From the NCBI GenBank assembly GCA_023434825.1, contig JAEYSH010000038.1, positions 4,227 through 68,226 of the forward strand: a stretch of DNA of 64,000 nucleotides, read 5' to 3'. Shown here piece by piece: positions 24,062 to 33,803 of the stretch. Source of the stretch: Methanobacteriota archaeon. Its GTDB lineage: Archaea > Methanobacteriota > Methanobacteria > Methanobacteriales > Methanobacteriaceae. Each line of letters starts with the position of its first letter. The stretch's first letter is position 1. Position numbers and translations under genes: made by a program. The notes under the pieces were generated by a model that worked only from the letters and a program-made list of their open reading frames with translations, had not been told where the DNA came from and did not search any database.

Positions 24062-24358
24062 ATGGAATGCTGTGAAATGAAAGGATATCTTACATATCTA
24101 ATACTCTGGATTTTAAGTAAAAACAGCATGAATGGGGCTGAAATCGGCAGAGAATTAGAAAAACGGCGAGGTACAAAACCGAGCCCTGGAACAATTTATC
24201 CTGCACTTAAAGAATTAAAAAATAAAGGCCTTATTGATGTTGATGAGAATAAATTCTATTCTTTAACCGGGAATGGTAAAAAAAAACTGAAATCTTCATG
24301 TAAATTTGTCTGCAATATTTTTTACGACATGGAAGAAATGCAAAATTTCTGTGAATAA
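24062..24358 (+). CDS. PadR-family transcriptional regulator
   Basis: G.L..LILWIL...G.EI..., PSPGTIYPALKEL...GLI...YSLT..G. Confidence 0.9.
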   Translation: MECCEMKGYLTYLILWILSKNSMNGAEIGRELEKRRGTKPSPGTIYPALKELKNKGLIDVDENKFYSLTGNGKKKLKSSCKFVCNIFYDMEEMQNFCE

Positions 24359-24383
24359 TTTAAATGGAAAATAAAAATTAATT

Positions 24384-24536
24384 TTATACACTATGGACAT
24401 TTAATTCTCTTAAAAGTCGATCTCTCTCACTTTTAAGCTCATTTATTAAGTCTTCATCGCAATTTCCCTTCTTTTCTAAGAACGCTATGGTCATAGTTAG
24501 TGCTTCAAGATTTGCTTCATTCTGGTTAATGGACAT
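24384..24536 (-). CDS. Hypothetical 50-aa helical protein; absent from ORF track
   Basis: GAGGT RBS; MSINQNEANLEALTMTIAFLEKKGNCDEDLINELKSERDRLLRELNVHSV. Confidence 0.65.
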   Translation of the reverse strand: MSINQNEANLEALTMTIAFLEKKGNCDEDLINELKSERDRLLRELNVHSV

Positions 24537-24590
24537 AAGAAAACCTCTTTTTAAATTTATTAATCTAATTAGAATTTACCCTAATAACTA

Positions 24591-25880
24591 TTAAATCATT
24601 TCATTTATTTTTCTGGAAACTTTTAATGCAAGTGCTGAAGTAAGTAAAATTGTAGGTAAACCCTGCGAACGAGGTGCTAGAGACAGATCAGCGACCCACA
24701 ATCCGTCGGGTAACCATGAAGGTTTCATTGAGGGCACATCCTCTTTAGTAAGTGGTACTGTTCCACCTAGATGGCCTCCATTGTGCACACCATTAATAAA
24801 CGGACCTGAAACACCTGCAGATTCCATGATTTTTTTAGCTTCACCAATTGCTTCATCCAAACGGATATGATCTTCTTTTTTAATGGATTTTTGCACTTTT
24901 CCATCTTCAAAAACTGCTCCTTCTTCTATATCTGCAAGTTTAATCATCATACCAACTCGATCATCTATAGAAACATTCCTCCATGGTTTATGGAACCAGT
25001 GAGATAAAATATCAAGGTAAGGAGAAAGAATATAATCTTCATGTTTCGTATACCACGTCATAGGAGGTTCTTTAATCTGATTTGCGCATTTAAGGACACC
25101 GCCTAATGTAAGAACAATATCAACCCAAAGATTATCTTGAGCAGGCAATCCAGAGGCTTTTAGTATCTGTGCAGTACCGATACCTCCAGCAGCCAAAACT
25201 ACGATATCTGCTTTAATGGTTCTTGTTTTATTTCCGGATTTTACAATAACTCCTTTTGCCTGGCCATTTTCAATTATAACCTTTTCAACTTTAGATGAGG
25301 TATGTAATTTTGCACCAGCACTAATAGCATCGTTTAAAAAGCTTCTTGAATCCCATCTTGCACCAGTTGCACATCCAAGTTCACATAACCCACAAGAAGT
25401 GCATTTAACTGAATCTACAGCTTTTGGAGTTGCTTTTGGCTCTAATCCTAACTTTTCTGCTGCTTCAAACATATTTTTAGTTACTTGTTGCCATCTTTGC
25501 TTCGGAAATTCAGAAATGCCAATATTTCTTTCAATTTCTTCAAATTCTGGCGTAAGATCAAGCCCAATTTCTTTTAATCCATGTTCTGCACGTACCATAT
25601 TACCGCAGGATAGCACAGTAGAACCTCCAGTAGTTAAACCCCTTATTAAAACAAGGTCTTCTGCTGAACGTGTTGTATCCATAGGAGGAAATAACCGAGT
25701 AATAGTTTTTTCATTTCCTAAAAGTCCGGTTCTTCTAAAAGGTGCAGCCAATGATAAAAGACGTCTGAATGGTTTAAAAGGTTCTCCTGCCTCTAAAATA
25801 ATTACATCAAAACCTTTATTTGATAATTCACGAGCTGCTGTAGCTCCTCCAGCTCCAGTTCCTACAACTATTGCTCTCAC
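24591..25880 (-). CDS. GMC-family FAD oxidoreductase
   Basis: [49 protein letters not shown]. Confidence 0.88.
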   Translation of the reverse strand: MRAIVVGTGAGGATAARELSNKGFDVIILEAGEPFKPFRRLLSLAAPFRRTGLLGNEKTITRLFPPMDTTRSAEDLVLIRGLTTGGSTVLSCGNMVRAEHGLKEIGLDLTPEFEEIERNIGISEFPKQRWQQVTKNMFEAAEKLGLEPKATPKAVDSVKCTSCGLCELGCATGARWDSRSFLNDAISAGAKLHTSSKVEKVIIENGQAKGVIVKSGNKTRTIKADIVVLAAGGIGTAQILKASGLPAQDNLWVDIVLTLGGVLKCANQIKEPPMTWYTKHEDYILSPYLDILSHWFHKPWRNVSIDDRVGMMIKLADIEEGAVFEDGKVQKSIKKEDHIRLDEAIGEAKKIMESAGVSGPFINGVHNGGHLGGTVPLTKEDVPSMKPSWLPDGLWVADLSLAPRSQGLPTILLTSALALKVSRKINEMI

Positions 25881-26482
25881 GTTTCTACCTCATTTATACA
25901 AGCTATACATTCAGATGAGCCATCTGTAATTCTATCTTTAAATTCCATTTCCATATTTTGATTTAAACCATTAACCACGCCTTCATCTACAGCGCTTAAA
26001 ACCATGCAAGTTTCATGAGTATAATATTTGGATAATGAGCATCTATTTACGACCATGATATTTTTTCCACCATCATTTTCTATTTTAAACTCAATTCCAA
26101 GTATTTTGTAAAGCAATTTAGCAGCTTTTTGCAAATCACCAAAACTGTTTCCAACACCAAGCCTTTGGCCAGCTTCCTTCCCTAATTGATATCCAACTTC
26201 ATACATAGATTTTCTGGCTATTTTAATAGCTTCTGTAGGGCCCAATTCTTCAACTAAAACTTTAACCCTTTTATTATGTGCATCAGCCATTATAGCTCTT
26301 CTTTCTTCTAGATTACCTTTTAGAACTTCATCTTGTTCAGTAATTTCATCTATTTTCCATGGAGTATACCTTTTTATAACAGTATTTAACCCTGCTATTG
26401 TCTCTGTAGCCACATGATCAAGTTCGTTTATTTTAGTAGAGTTTGGAAGCCATATTGACGAAATTATTAGTTTTATACTCAT
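25877..26482 (-). CDS. V4R / ATC-hydrolase-like protein
   Basis: C-terminal RC...TC..LSAVDEG...RITDG...C pattern. Confidence 0.65.
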   Translation of the reverse strand: MSIKLIISSIWLPNSTKINELDHVATETIAGLNTVIKRYTPWKIDEITEQDEVLKGNLEERRAIMADAHNKRVKVLVEELGPTEAIKIARKSMYEVGYQLGKEAGQRLGVGNSFGDLQKAAKLLYKILGIEFKIENDGGKNIMVVNRCSLSKYYTHETCMVLSAVDEGVVNGLNQNMEMEFKDRITDGSSECIACINEVET

Positions 26483-29256
26483 GATTGCACCTCAGTAAAT
26501 CCCGAATGTAATATATTATTAGGTTTAGTTCCAGCATGATAAATAAATTCAATAACATCTTTATTTCTTTTGATGATTGACTTTCTTTTAAGTTTAAGAT
26601 TTGCTGTTAAATCAGCCCCTATTTCAAGATCATTATGCAAAACTACGTACTTTTTAATTTTTTCTGGCCTTGAAAGTTTTTTATTTATCTTTTTAATGCC
26701 ATCATCTATATCATAGTTTAATTTTTCATTTTCAACCCATAAAAATGCACTGCAGTAAGGTTTTCCATCGCCAATTACCATTGCTTCTTCAATTAGAGAA
26801 ATATTTTTAAGCATTCCCTCAATTTTAAGTGGACTTATGGTTTTTCCATAAGCATTTACTATAACCTCTTTTTTACGTCCGGTGATTACAAGACTACCTT
26901 CTGGTGTCAAATCACCGAAATCCCCAGTGCAAAGCCATCCTTCCTTAAAAAGAGAACTAGAATCTTTCTTAAAATAACCCCATGTTAATTGAGGTCCTTT
27001 TATCATTATTTCTCCATCTTCATCTATTTTAATCAAAGTTGAAGGTAAAGGCTCACCAACTGTTCCAATTCTATTTCTTCCAACTCTATTAATGGTTACA
27101 AGCGGCGCTTCGGTTAATCCATAAGCATTATAGACTTCAATACCCATTTCATGGTAAAATTGGAGTAAATCATCGCTTATTGGTGCAGAACCAACAATTA
27201 ATTGAGCACATCTATCTAAACCTGCTTTTTTAAGAACTTCCCTTTTAATTAATTTTCCTAACATTGTCTTTAAAATTCCACTGGAATTTTCGTAAAGTTT
27301 CCCAATTCTCGTTTTTATAACGCTATCATGAACTTTTTCATAAAAACGAGGCACTGAAAAGAATATTTTAGGTCTAACTTTGCGGAGGGCTTTTTCAAGA
27401 TCATGGAAATTCTCTAAAAAGTAAATATCAAGTGTTGCAGGAGCATAGTAAGGAGAATATGTGCCCATAATTCCTTCTACTACATGATTCATTGGAAGAA
27501 AAGATAAATAAGACACTTCACTGATTCTGTCTTTCCATGGTGGCATTGAAGCAATAAATTCAGCCATCCAGCGCAAGTTTCCATGATTAAACATAACTCC
27601 TTTAGGTTTTCCAGTTGTTCCGGAGGTATATCGTATTGTAGCAAGGTCATTGAAATTTAAGGGAACATTTAAAACCTCAGTTACTTCTTCGCCCATTTTA
27701 AGGAATTTTTTCCAATAAACAACATTTAAATTATTACGAGTTCCATCTCCACAAAATGAAATAACTGGAATTTCAACATTACACTTTTTTATACCCTTTA
27801 AAACTTCAAGAGTTCCTGCAAAAAGCATTTTTGCCCCACTGTCATATATTATTTCCCTAATTTCATTTAATGGACTTGTGTAATAAATAGGAACACTTAT
27901 AGCGCCTGCAAGCCCAATTGCTATGTCTAAAATAAGATATCGTGTACTATTATAACCTACAATTGCTATTCTATCTCCCTTTTTAACTCCCAATTTTTGA
28001 AGAGATTTTAATGCCGAAATAATATCTTTATAAATATCCTTTGAACTGGACTTTTTAATTTCATCATTTACAATATCATAATAATTAACCTGCCTGCTCC
28101 TACTTTGAAGCCTGAACAAAGCCTGTTCATGAACTGTGCGGTCAGATCTGTGTAAAAATCCATAATAAACAGCAAATTCAAGGATTTTAGGCAAATATTC
28201 TTGCCAGTTATAATTATAATATCCTATCAATTCATCAGAATTATCTCTTCTGTATTCCCTGTTTTCATTAAAATAAGGTGAAAGGGTATTCATGGTTTCA
28301 ATTAATTTTGCATTACCTTTTCCAAATAAACCGCTGAAAGATGAAATTTTTTTGATTGATGAACCACTAAAAGGCATATAAAAAGGATCATTAAGTTTAA
28401 CATTAAGATTATCTTCAGTCCATTCTTTAACAAAGTTAATAAGCTCTTTTACCGTAGGAAGACAATCTTTTGGTGCTGTTAGGTGAAAAGTTTTATTTAC
28501 TGCTCTTTTGTGAAATGTAAGGTTTACCACAGAATCTGCAACATAATCTACAGGCACTAAATTGATCTTCATATCTTTTGAAACGGGGATTAATTTCAAT
28601 TTTCCACTTAAATAAAGTCTTAAAGGCACATAAACCGTATTAAACGTTTTAATATATCCTGTGGAAGAATCACCTACAATCATGCTTGGGCGAAATATTG
28701 AAAAATCAAATGATGATTTTTTAACTTCCACCTCGCTTTCAAATTTGGTTTTTTCATAATTACTTAAAAATCCATTATCTGAAGTCAAATCATTTTCACT
28801 AACTGTACCTTTTTTACCTCCTGCAACATAAGCAGTAGAAATATGAGAAAATCGTTCCAATCCGTGATCTTCATGAGCTGATTGAGCCAATTTTAGCACA
28901 TTTTGGGTTCCCAATACATTGATTTTATGTAATTTTTCAAAAGTCGATTTAAGGCTCCAATCCGCAGCAGAATGAATTACATGAGTAACAATTCGAATTA
29001 ATTCATTATATTCTTCTTTTTCTAATCCAAGATTATTTTGAGTAATATCCCCATTTAAAACATGGATTTTATTCTCTATTTCGTTTAAAAGCTCTGGAAA
29101 TTCCCACCATGCTCGGTACAGCCTATTTACAGAATCTTCTTTATCTTTACCCCTTACTAAAACAATAATTTTATCATTATCTCCTTCAAGAAGACGAATG
29201 GCAATTTGAGTCCCTAAAAATCCATTTGCTCCAGTTAGCAGTACAGATTTATTCAT
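26479..29256 (-). CDS. Fusion of an N-terminal thioester/fatty acyl-CoA reductase (extended SDR) and a C-terminal long-chain acyl-CoA synthetase
   Basis: LTGANGFLG, HISTAYV, YEKTK, RPSMIVG, VPVDYV; then YTSGTTGKPKG, YGLTE, TGD, GRKK, KLKR; ATG at 29256 overlaps the upstream stop. Confidence 0.9.
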   Translation of the reverse strand: MNKSVLLTGANGFLGTQIAIRLLEGDNDKIIVLVRGKDKEDSVNRLYRAWWEFPELLNEIENKIHVLNGDITQNNLGLEKEEYNELIRIVTHVIHSAADWSLKSTFEKLHKINVLGTQNVLKLAQSAHEDHGLERFSHISTAYVAGGKKGTVSENDLTSDNGFLSNYEKTKFESEVEVKKSSFDFSIFRPSMIVGDSSTGYIKTFNTVYVPLRLYLSGKLKLIPVSKDMKINLVPVDYVADSVVNLTFHKRAVNKTFHLTAPKDCLPTVKELINFVKEWTEDNLNVKLNDPFYMPFSGSSIKKISSFSGLFGKGNAKLIETMNTLSPYFNENREYRRDNSDELIGYYNYNWQEYLPKILEFAVYYGFLHRSDRTVHEQALFRLQSRSRQVNYYDIVNDEIKKSSSKDIYKDIISALKSLQKLGVKKGDRIAIVGYNSTRYLILDIAIGLAGAISVPIYYTSPLNEIREIIYDSGAKMLFAGTLEVLKGIKKCNVEIPVISFCGDGTRNNLNVVYWKKFLKMGEEVTEVLNVPLNFNDLATIRYTSGTTGKPKGVMFNHGNLRWMAEFIASMPPWKDRISEVSYLSFLPMNHVVEGIMGTYSPYYAPATLDIYFLENFHDLEKALRKVRPKIFFSVPRFYEKVHDSVIKTRIGKLYENSSGILKTMLGKLIKREVLKKAGLDRCAQLIVGSAPISDDLLQFYHEMGIEVYNAYGLTEAPLVTINRVGRNRIGTVGEPLPSTLIKIDEDGEIMIKGPQLTWGYFKKDSSSLFKEGWLCTGDFGDLTPEGSLVITGRKKEVIVNAYGKTISPLKIEGMLKNISLIEEAMVIGDGKPYCSAFLWVENEKLNYDIDDGIKKINKKLSRPEKIKKYVVLHNDLEIGADLTANLKLKRKSIIKRNKDVIEFIYHAGTKPNNILHSGFTEVQS

Positions 29257-30485
29257 TATCTCACATTCCATCCTTTTTCTTTAAGAAAATTTCTAAGTAT
29301 TTCAGGATTCTTTATTGCACGGCTAAGATGCTCTTTAAATCCATTATTTAATTTATCATACTGGTGATTCGGATTTTCAATTAACTCATCAATTTTCTGG
29401 CTTAATTCATCCCAAATTTTAGGCGACATATAATCAATTAAATAATCATCCAATTTCAATTCTTTATAAAAACCTTTGAGGCGTGTGTCGTGCCCTACAG
29501 CTATTTGAGGTACCTTCGCTTCAAGAGACAAAACTCCGGCATGATAACGTGAAGTTACAAGTAATTCAAGACTTCTAAGGATACTGGTCATCTGTGAAGC
29601 ATTATATTCCCTTGATGAGAATATTTTAACCATTTCGGGGTTCTTAATTTTTTCTTTTATACATCTGGCCAGCGGCTCATCCAGTTCTTCCATGCAGATT
29701 AATGCCACCTGTTTACCATGATTTTCAATTATTCTATCTGCCTCTTCTGCCCATTTAACTGCCAGATGCTCGCTTGCGCCAATTCTCTCTTTAGATCTAG
29801 AATAATAATAAGGCCATTTATAGATATTCTCTTTTTTACCCCAGGGACGCATTACAACTGGCCAAAGATAAAAATCAATTGGTGCAAGACCTACTACCCC
29901 TAAATTAGATCCTTCAAATGCATCATTTAAAATATGAGCATCTTTTCTTTCTGTTTTAAATGTAAATGCACAGTCTGCAGTTGTATCAATAGGTGCTTTA
30001 ACCCCAAATTTTTTAAGTTCATTTTCAGCTAATTTGGTTCTTGTCAAAATTAAATCCGTTTTACTTGCTTCTCGCCTAACTAAACGCCTGTTAAAAGATG
30101 ATAGATTTCCAACATCTACTGCATAAGCAAGACTTGACTTTTTAAAATTATGTGCACACCTTGTTGCCCATAAAAATGCCCAAAGAAGTGCTGATGTCCA
30201 GGTATCCATATAACAGCTTCCTTCAACTAATAAAAGGACATCATGTTCTTTAACCAGTCTTCTTATATCAAAGAAAAATATAGAATGAATAGAAGCAATC
30301 TTCAAATACTCATCTTCTTTAAGATAACGCCTTAAATTATTTTCATTTAGCGTTGGGACAGTAATTTTAGCTTTTTGTCCTACTATTGACCTAATATCTT
30401 CTATAATAGCTAGCAATCTTGCTTCAGAGCCAGTATTATTGGCACCGTTATAACCCAATAAGAGAATTTTCGGAGAATTTTTCAT
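29256..30485 (-). CDS. Polysaccharide pyruvyl transferase family protein
   Basis: [13 protein letters not shown]-terminus; [12 protein letters not shown]...P C-terminal motif. Confidence 0.82.
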   Translation of the reverse strand: MKNSPKILLLGYNGANNTGSEARLLAIIEDIRSIVGQKAKITVPTLNENNLRRYLKEDEYLKIASIHSIFFFDIRRLVKEHDVLLLVEGSCYMDTWTSALLWAFLWATRCAHNFKKSSLAYAVDVGNLSSFNRRLVRREASKTDLILTRTKLAENELKKFGVKAPIDTTADCAFTFKTERKDAHILNDAFEGSNLGVVGLAPIDFYLWPVVMRPWGKKENIYKWPYYYSRSKERIGASEHLAVKWAEEADRIIENHGKQVALICMEELDEPLARCIKEKIKNPEMVKIFSSREYNASQMTSILRSLELLVTSRYHAGVLSLEAKVPQIAVGHDTRLKGFYKELKLDDYLIDYMSPKIWDELSQKIDELIENPNHQYDKLNNGFKEHLSRAIKNPEILRNFLKEKGWNVR

Positions 30486-30584
30486 AATATTTCCCACAGC
30501 ATTTTTACATTTTTTTAAATTCAAACATAATATAAATAATTTAACATTTAAAGTTAAAGCGCATAACTCCTTTTTAATGTAAAT

Positions 30585-31466
30585 TTAGTTATATTTGTTT
30601 CTTATTTTCTCATATCCTACTGTATTAAAGCTGCAATCTTTCATGCATATAGTACATCCGTGACATAAATCCTTTATGATTTTTGTTTTGCCGTCTTTTT
30701 CAATTATTGCATTTTCAGGACACTTTCTAATACATTTTCCACATTTCCCGCAGAAATCAGGAATCCATAAATGTTCATTTAAATTATTAACTGGCAAGTT
30801 TTGAATACTGGTGAATATTACTGAAATTCTTTGCCTTGGACCAAATTCAGGGGTTATTAACATTCCATGTCTGCCCCTGTATCCTAAGCCTGCATATTGA
30901 GCAAGATGCGGATACATAACAATTCCACCAGCCGGATGACTGGCATGAGCTCCAAAACCATTTTCTCTTAAAAATTCTGCAAGTTCATTTGTTTTTTTAC
31001 CCAGATCATCATAGGTTACAATGCCCATTTCTTGAGTAGCATCACTTGGAGCTGCATTAACAGCATCTTTATCCATTTCCATTATTAATACAATTGCATT
31101 TTCATATAGAACTGCTTTATCTTTAAATATCAGCTCAGAAGGCACTTTTACATATCCTAACTTATTTACACCGATTGAGTTAGCATAATTTTCAAATTTA
31201 TCGAAAAATTCATTTTTTACTTCCGTTTTTGGATTTTCTGGATTATTTTTTAATGATTTTACAGTAATTTCCATATTTTTTGCTATTGAAAGTTGTTTTG
31301 GAAGCGTTTTTAGTGTAATTTCCAGTTTATCTGGCATCAATTTATTTGGAGACATTGGAGATGCCATTAAACATCCTTCTCTTTCTTTTACACTTTCTTC
31401 AAGTTTATTTACCTTTGTAAGCCTGTAATCAGCATATTTATTCTTTAAACTATTCAATGAAATCAT
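30585..31466 (-). CDS. QueG/reductive dehalogenase-like cobalamin 4Fe-4S protein
   Basis: AQYAGLG..GRHGMLITPEFGPRQR, FCGKCGKCIRKCP, CHGCTICMKDC. Confidence 0.8.
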   Translation of the reverse strand: MISLNSLKNKYADYRLTKVNKLEESVKEREGCLMASPMSPNKLMPDKLEITLKTLPKQLSIAKNMEITVKSLKNNPENPKTEVKNEFFDKFENYANSIGVNKLGYVKVPSELIFKDKAVLYENAIVLIMEMDKDAVNAAPSDATQEMGIVTYDDLGKKTNELAEFLRENGFGAHASHPAGGIVMYPHLAQYAGLGYRGRHGMLITPEFGPRQRISVIFTSIQNLPVNNLNEHLWIPDFCGKCGKCIRKCPENAIIEKDGKTKIIKDLCHGCTICMKDCSFNTVGYEKIRNKYN

Positions 31467-31467
31467 T

Positions 31468-32085
31468 TCATAACTCCTTTAAACTATTTACAAAATAGTC
31501 CAGGTGTTTTTCAATCAATTTTTCATTCTGGCTTGTATTTGAACCTTCACTTTGCAAAAGAAGATATTCCTGGAATAAAGTGAATATTGTATATTGAAAT
31601 TCCATTGCTTTAATTTCCGGATCTATTTTAGCTATTATTCCATTATTAACCATAATTTCTAATATTTTCTTTGAAAAAGAGTATGGTTCTTGAATTAAAC
31701 ATTGCAACATAATTTTTCTGGCTCTTTCATCTCTGAACTGTTCACTGGATATAATTTTAAATATTTGATCCATTTTTGGATTTTTAAAAAGATTCAAGGT
31801 TAAATTAGCCCTTTGAATAAAAATTTCAGGCTTAATATGATCTATTTTCTGAATATTTGCTTCAGGAGGCCTCATTTTCACTAATTCTTTCTTAAAATAC
31901 TGGAAAATATGTTCCATTATATCATCTTTACTTCTATAATGATTGTATATTGAGCTTTCTCTAATTCCTACTTCTCTTGCAATTTCACGGACTGAAACTG
32001 CATCGAATCCCTTTTGTGAGAATAAATCAAGAGATACATCGAATATTTTTTGTTTTGTAGATATTTTTGAGGTAATTTTTTTCAT
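31468..32085 (-). CDS. TetR/AcrR family regulator
   Basis: LFSQKGFDAVSVREIAREVGIRESSIYNHYRSKDDI HTH; GGAG RBS before ATG 32085. Confidence 0.93.
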   Translation of the reverse strand: MKKITSKISTKQKIFDVSLDLFSQKGFDAVSVREIAREVGIRESSIYNHYRSKDDIMEHIFQYFKKELVKMRPPEANIQKIDHIKPEIFIQRANLTLNLFKNPKMDQIFKIISSEQFRDERARKIMLQCLIQEPYSFSKKILEIMVNNGIIAKIDPEIKAMEFQYTIFTLFQEYLLLQSEGSNTSQNEKLIEKHLDYFVNSLKEL

Positions 32086-32105
32086 GATATTGAACTCCAG
32101 TAACA

Positions 32106-32179
32106 CTAACGAACACACGTTAGCTTCTTGACTATACCTATTGATGTTCTACTATATAAAGGTAACGAACGTACGTTAG
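32106..32179. promoter_or_regulatory. Two TAACG-N6-CGTTA palindromes flanking a TATA box; putative TetR operators
   Basis: cTAACGaacacaCGTTAg (32106-23) and gTAACGaacgtaCGTTAg (32162-79); minus-strand TTTATATA at about 32153-32160. Confidence 0.75.
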
Positions 32180-32207
32180 TTAAATATTTAAAAATAAATT
32201 ATTATAA

Positions 32208-32594
32208 CTAAATAAAAGATTTATCATGAGTTTGAGGTTTTTTTGAATATTCAATCTCTAAAGTGCAGTATTTTTCTATATAAGTTTTCAATTCTGTAAT
32301 TAAATCATGTTTACATCCGTTACCTTCATCTTTCCATAAATACTCACTAATTTCAAAATAAGAAGTATTGTCCTTATTTTCAACATTATAATAATTATCC
32401 ATGAATTTTTCGTCCAAATCACTTTCAGAAAGCTTTTCATTACTGATCCAGTATTTAATCATTAGATAATTACCATATTTTTCGCAATCTTCTTGAATAA
32501 TTAAATTTAATGGCTTTTCATATCTATTTAAATATAAATCATTATACGAATAATTTTTAAGAACTAATAGCCCATTATAAGTTTTTTTGGTCAT
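32208..32594 (-). CDS. Hypothetical protein
   Basis: 128-aa ORF with GGAGGT RBS; no recognised motif. Confidence 0.7.
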   Translation of the reverse strand: MTKKTYNGLLVLKNYSYNDLYLNRYEKPLNLIIQEDCEKYGNYLMIKYWISNEKLSESDLDEKFMDNYYNVENKDNTSYFEISEYLWKDEGNGCKHDLITELKTYIEKYCTLEIEYSKKPQTHDKSFI

Positions 32595-32723
32595 ATCGAA
32601 CCTCCAAATTAATAATATTATATTTAACTAATTTAATAATTATTTTCCAATATAAACTGATTTCTTCGCTTTGGCATTAATTTTAAATAAAAGTATAATT
32701 TAAACTCTTTATGGTGGAGATAA

Positions 32724-33185
32724 ATGAGAAGAAGGGATAAAGAAATAAAAGACCTCGCAATTATTGAAGGTATATTAAAAGAAGCCAAGGTTTGTAGAAT
32801 TGCTTTATGTGATAATAATAAACCTTATATTGTGCCCATGAACTTTGGCCATAAAGATAAATACATCTATCTTCACTCAGCAACTGAAGGACTTAAAATA
32901 GACATTTTAAATAAAAATAACAACATTTGCTTTGAAGTGGACATTAAAAATGAAATTGTAAAGTCAAAAATTGCATGTAACTGGGGAATGAAATATTATA
33001 GCGTAATTGGCTCTGGAAAGGCCTATTTTATAGAAGATATAAAAGAAAAAAAGAATGCATTGGACATTATAATGCAAAAATACAGCGATAAAGAATCATT
33101 TGAATATTCAAAATCTGCCTTAGATAAAACTATAGTGATTAAAGCAGAATTAACAGAAATAACCGGGAAAAAATCGGGACATTAG
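32724..33185 (+). CDS. Pyridoxamine 5'-phosphate oxidase / NimA-like flavin-binding protein
   Basis: MRRRDKEI, PYIVPMNFG, YLHSA.EG.K, YYSVIGSG. Confidence 0.9.
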   Translation: MRRRDKEIKDLAIIEGILKEAKVCRIALCDNNKPYIVPMNFGHKDKYIYLHSATEGLKIDILNKNNNICFEVDIKNEIVKSKIACNWGMKYYSVIGSGKAYFIEDIKEKKNALDIIMQKYSDKESFEYSKSALDKTIVIKAELTEITGKKSGH

Positions 33186-33195
33186 ATGTGATTAT

Positions 33196-33792
33196 ATGAA
33201 AATACTTGTAATTTTAGGCCATCCAACACCCGGAAGTTTCAATCATGCCATTTCAAAAACTGTAGCATCAAAATTAAGGGAAAACGGACATGATGTAATA
33301 TATCATGATTTACATGCTGAAAAGTTTGATCCGATTATTTCAAGTGGCGAAATTCCGAAAAACGCTGAATTGGATCCTTTGATTGAAAAACACTGCCAGG
33401 AACTATCCCAAGCCGATGGAATAATTATAGTACATCCCAACTGGTGGGGCCAACCACCTGCAATCCTAAAAGGTTGGATTGACCGCGTGATACGTCCAGG
33501 AGTAGCTTATGAGTTTCTAGAAGGCGATAGCGGTGAAGGAGTCCCTAAGGGATTAATAAAAGCTGAAACTGCGCTTGTATTTAATACTGCAAATACATCA
33601 AAAGAAAGAGAAATGAATATATTCAGAGATCCTCTTGAAACCATCTGGAAAAATTGTATTTTTGATCTATGCGGTGTTAAAAACTTTTACCGGAAAATGT
33701 ATAGAATTATTGTAACAAGTACGCCAAAACAACGTGAATTATGGCTAGAAGATGTTAAAGAAACTGTAGATAAATATTTTCCAGCTGAATAG
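33196..33792 (+). CDS. NAD(P)H-dependent oxidoreductase (flavodoxin-2 / quinone reductase family)
   Basis: GHPTPGSFN, HPNWWGQPPAILKGWIDR. Confidence 0.9.
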   Translation: MKILVILGHPTPGSFNHAISKTVASKLRENGHDVIYHDLHAEKFDPIISSGEIPKNAELDPLIEKHCQELSQADGIIIVHPNWWGQPPAILKGWIDRVIRPGVAYEFLEGDSGEGVPKGLIKAETALVFNTANTSKEREMNIFRDPLETIWKNCIFDLCGVKNFYRKMYRIIVTSTPKQRELWLEDVKETVDKYFPAE

Positions 33793-33803
33793 GGGGTTAA
33801 ATA

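Noticed and set aside
25216..25929. 237-aa plus-strand ORF
   Set aside because: Antisense shadow of the GMC oxidoreductase, with no motifs. The same applies to the other short antisense ORFs in the track (e.g. 517-729, 1541-1801, 19697-20101, 52231-52548, 59180-59566).
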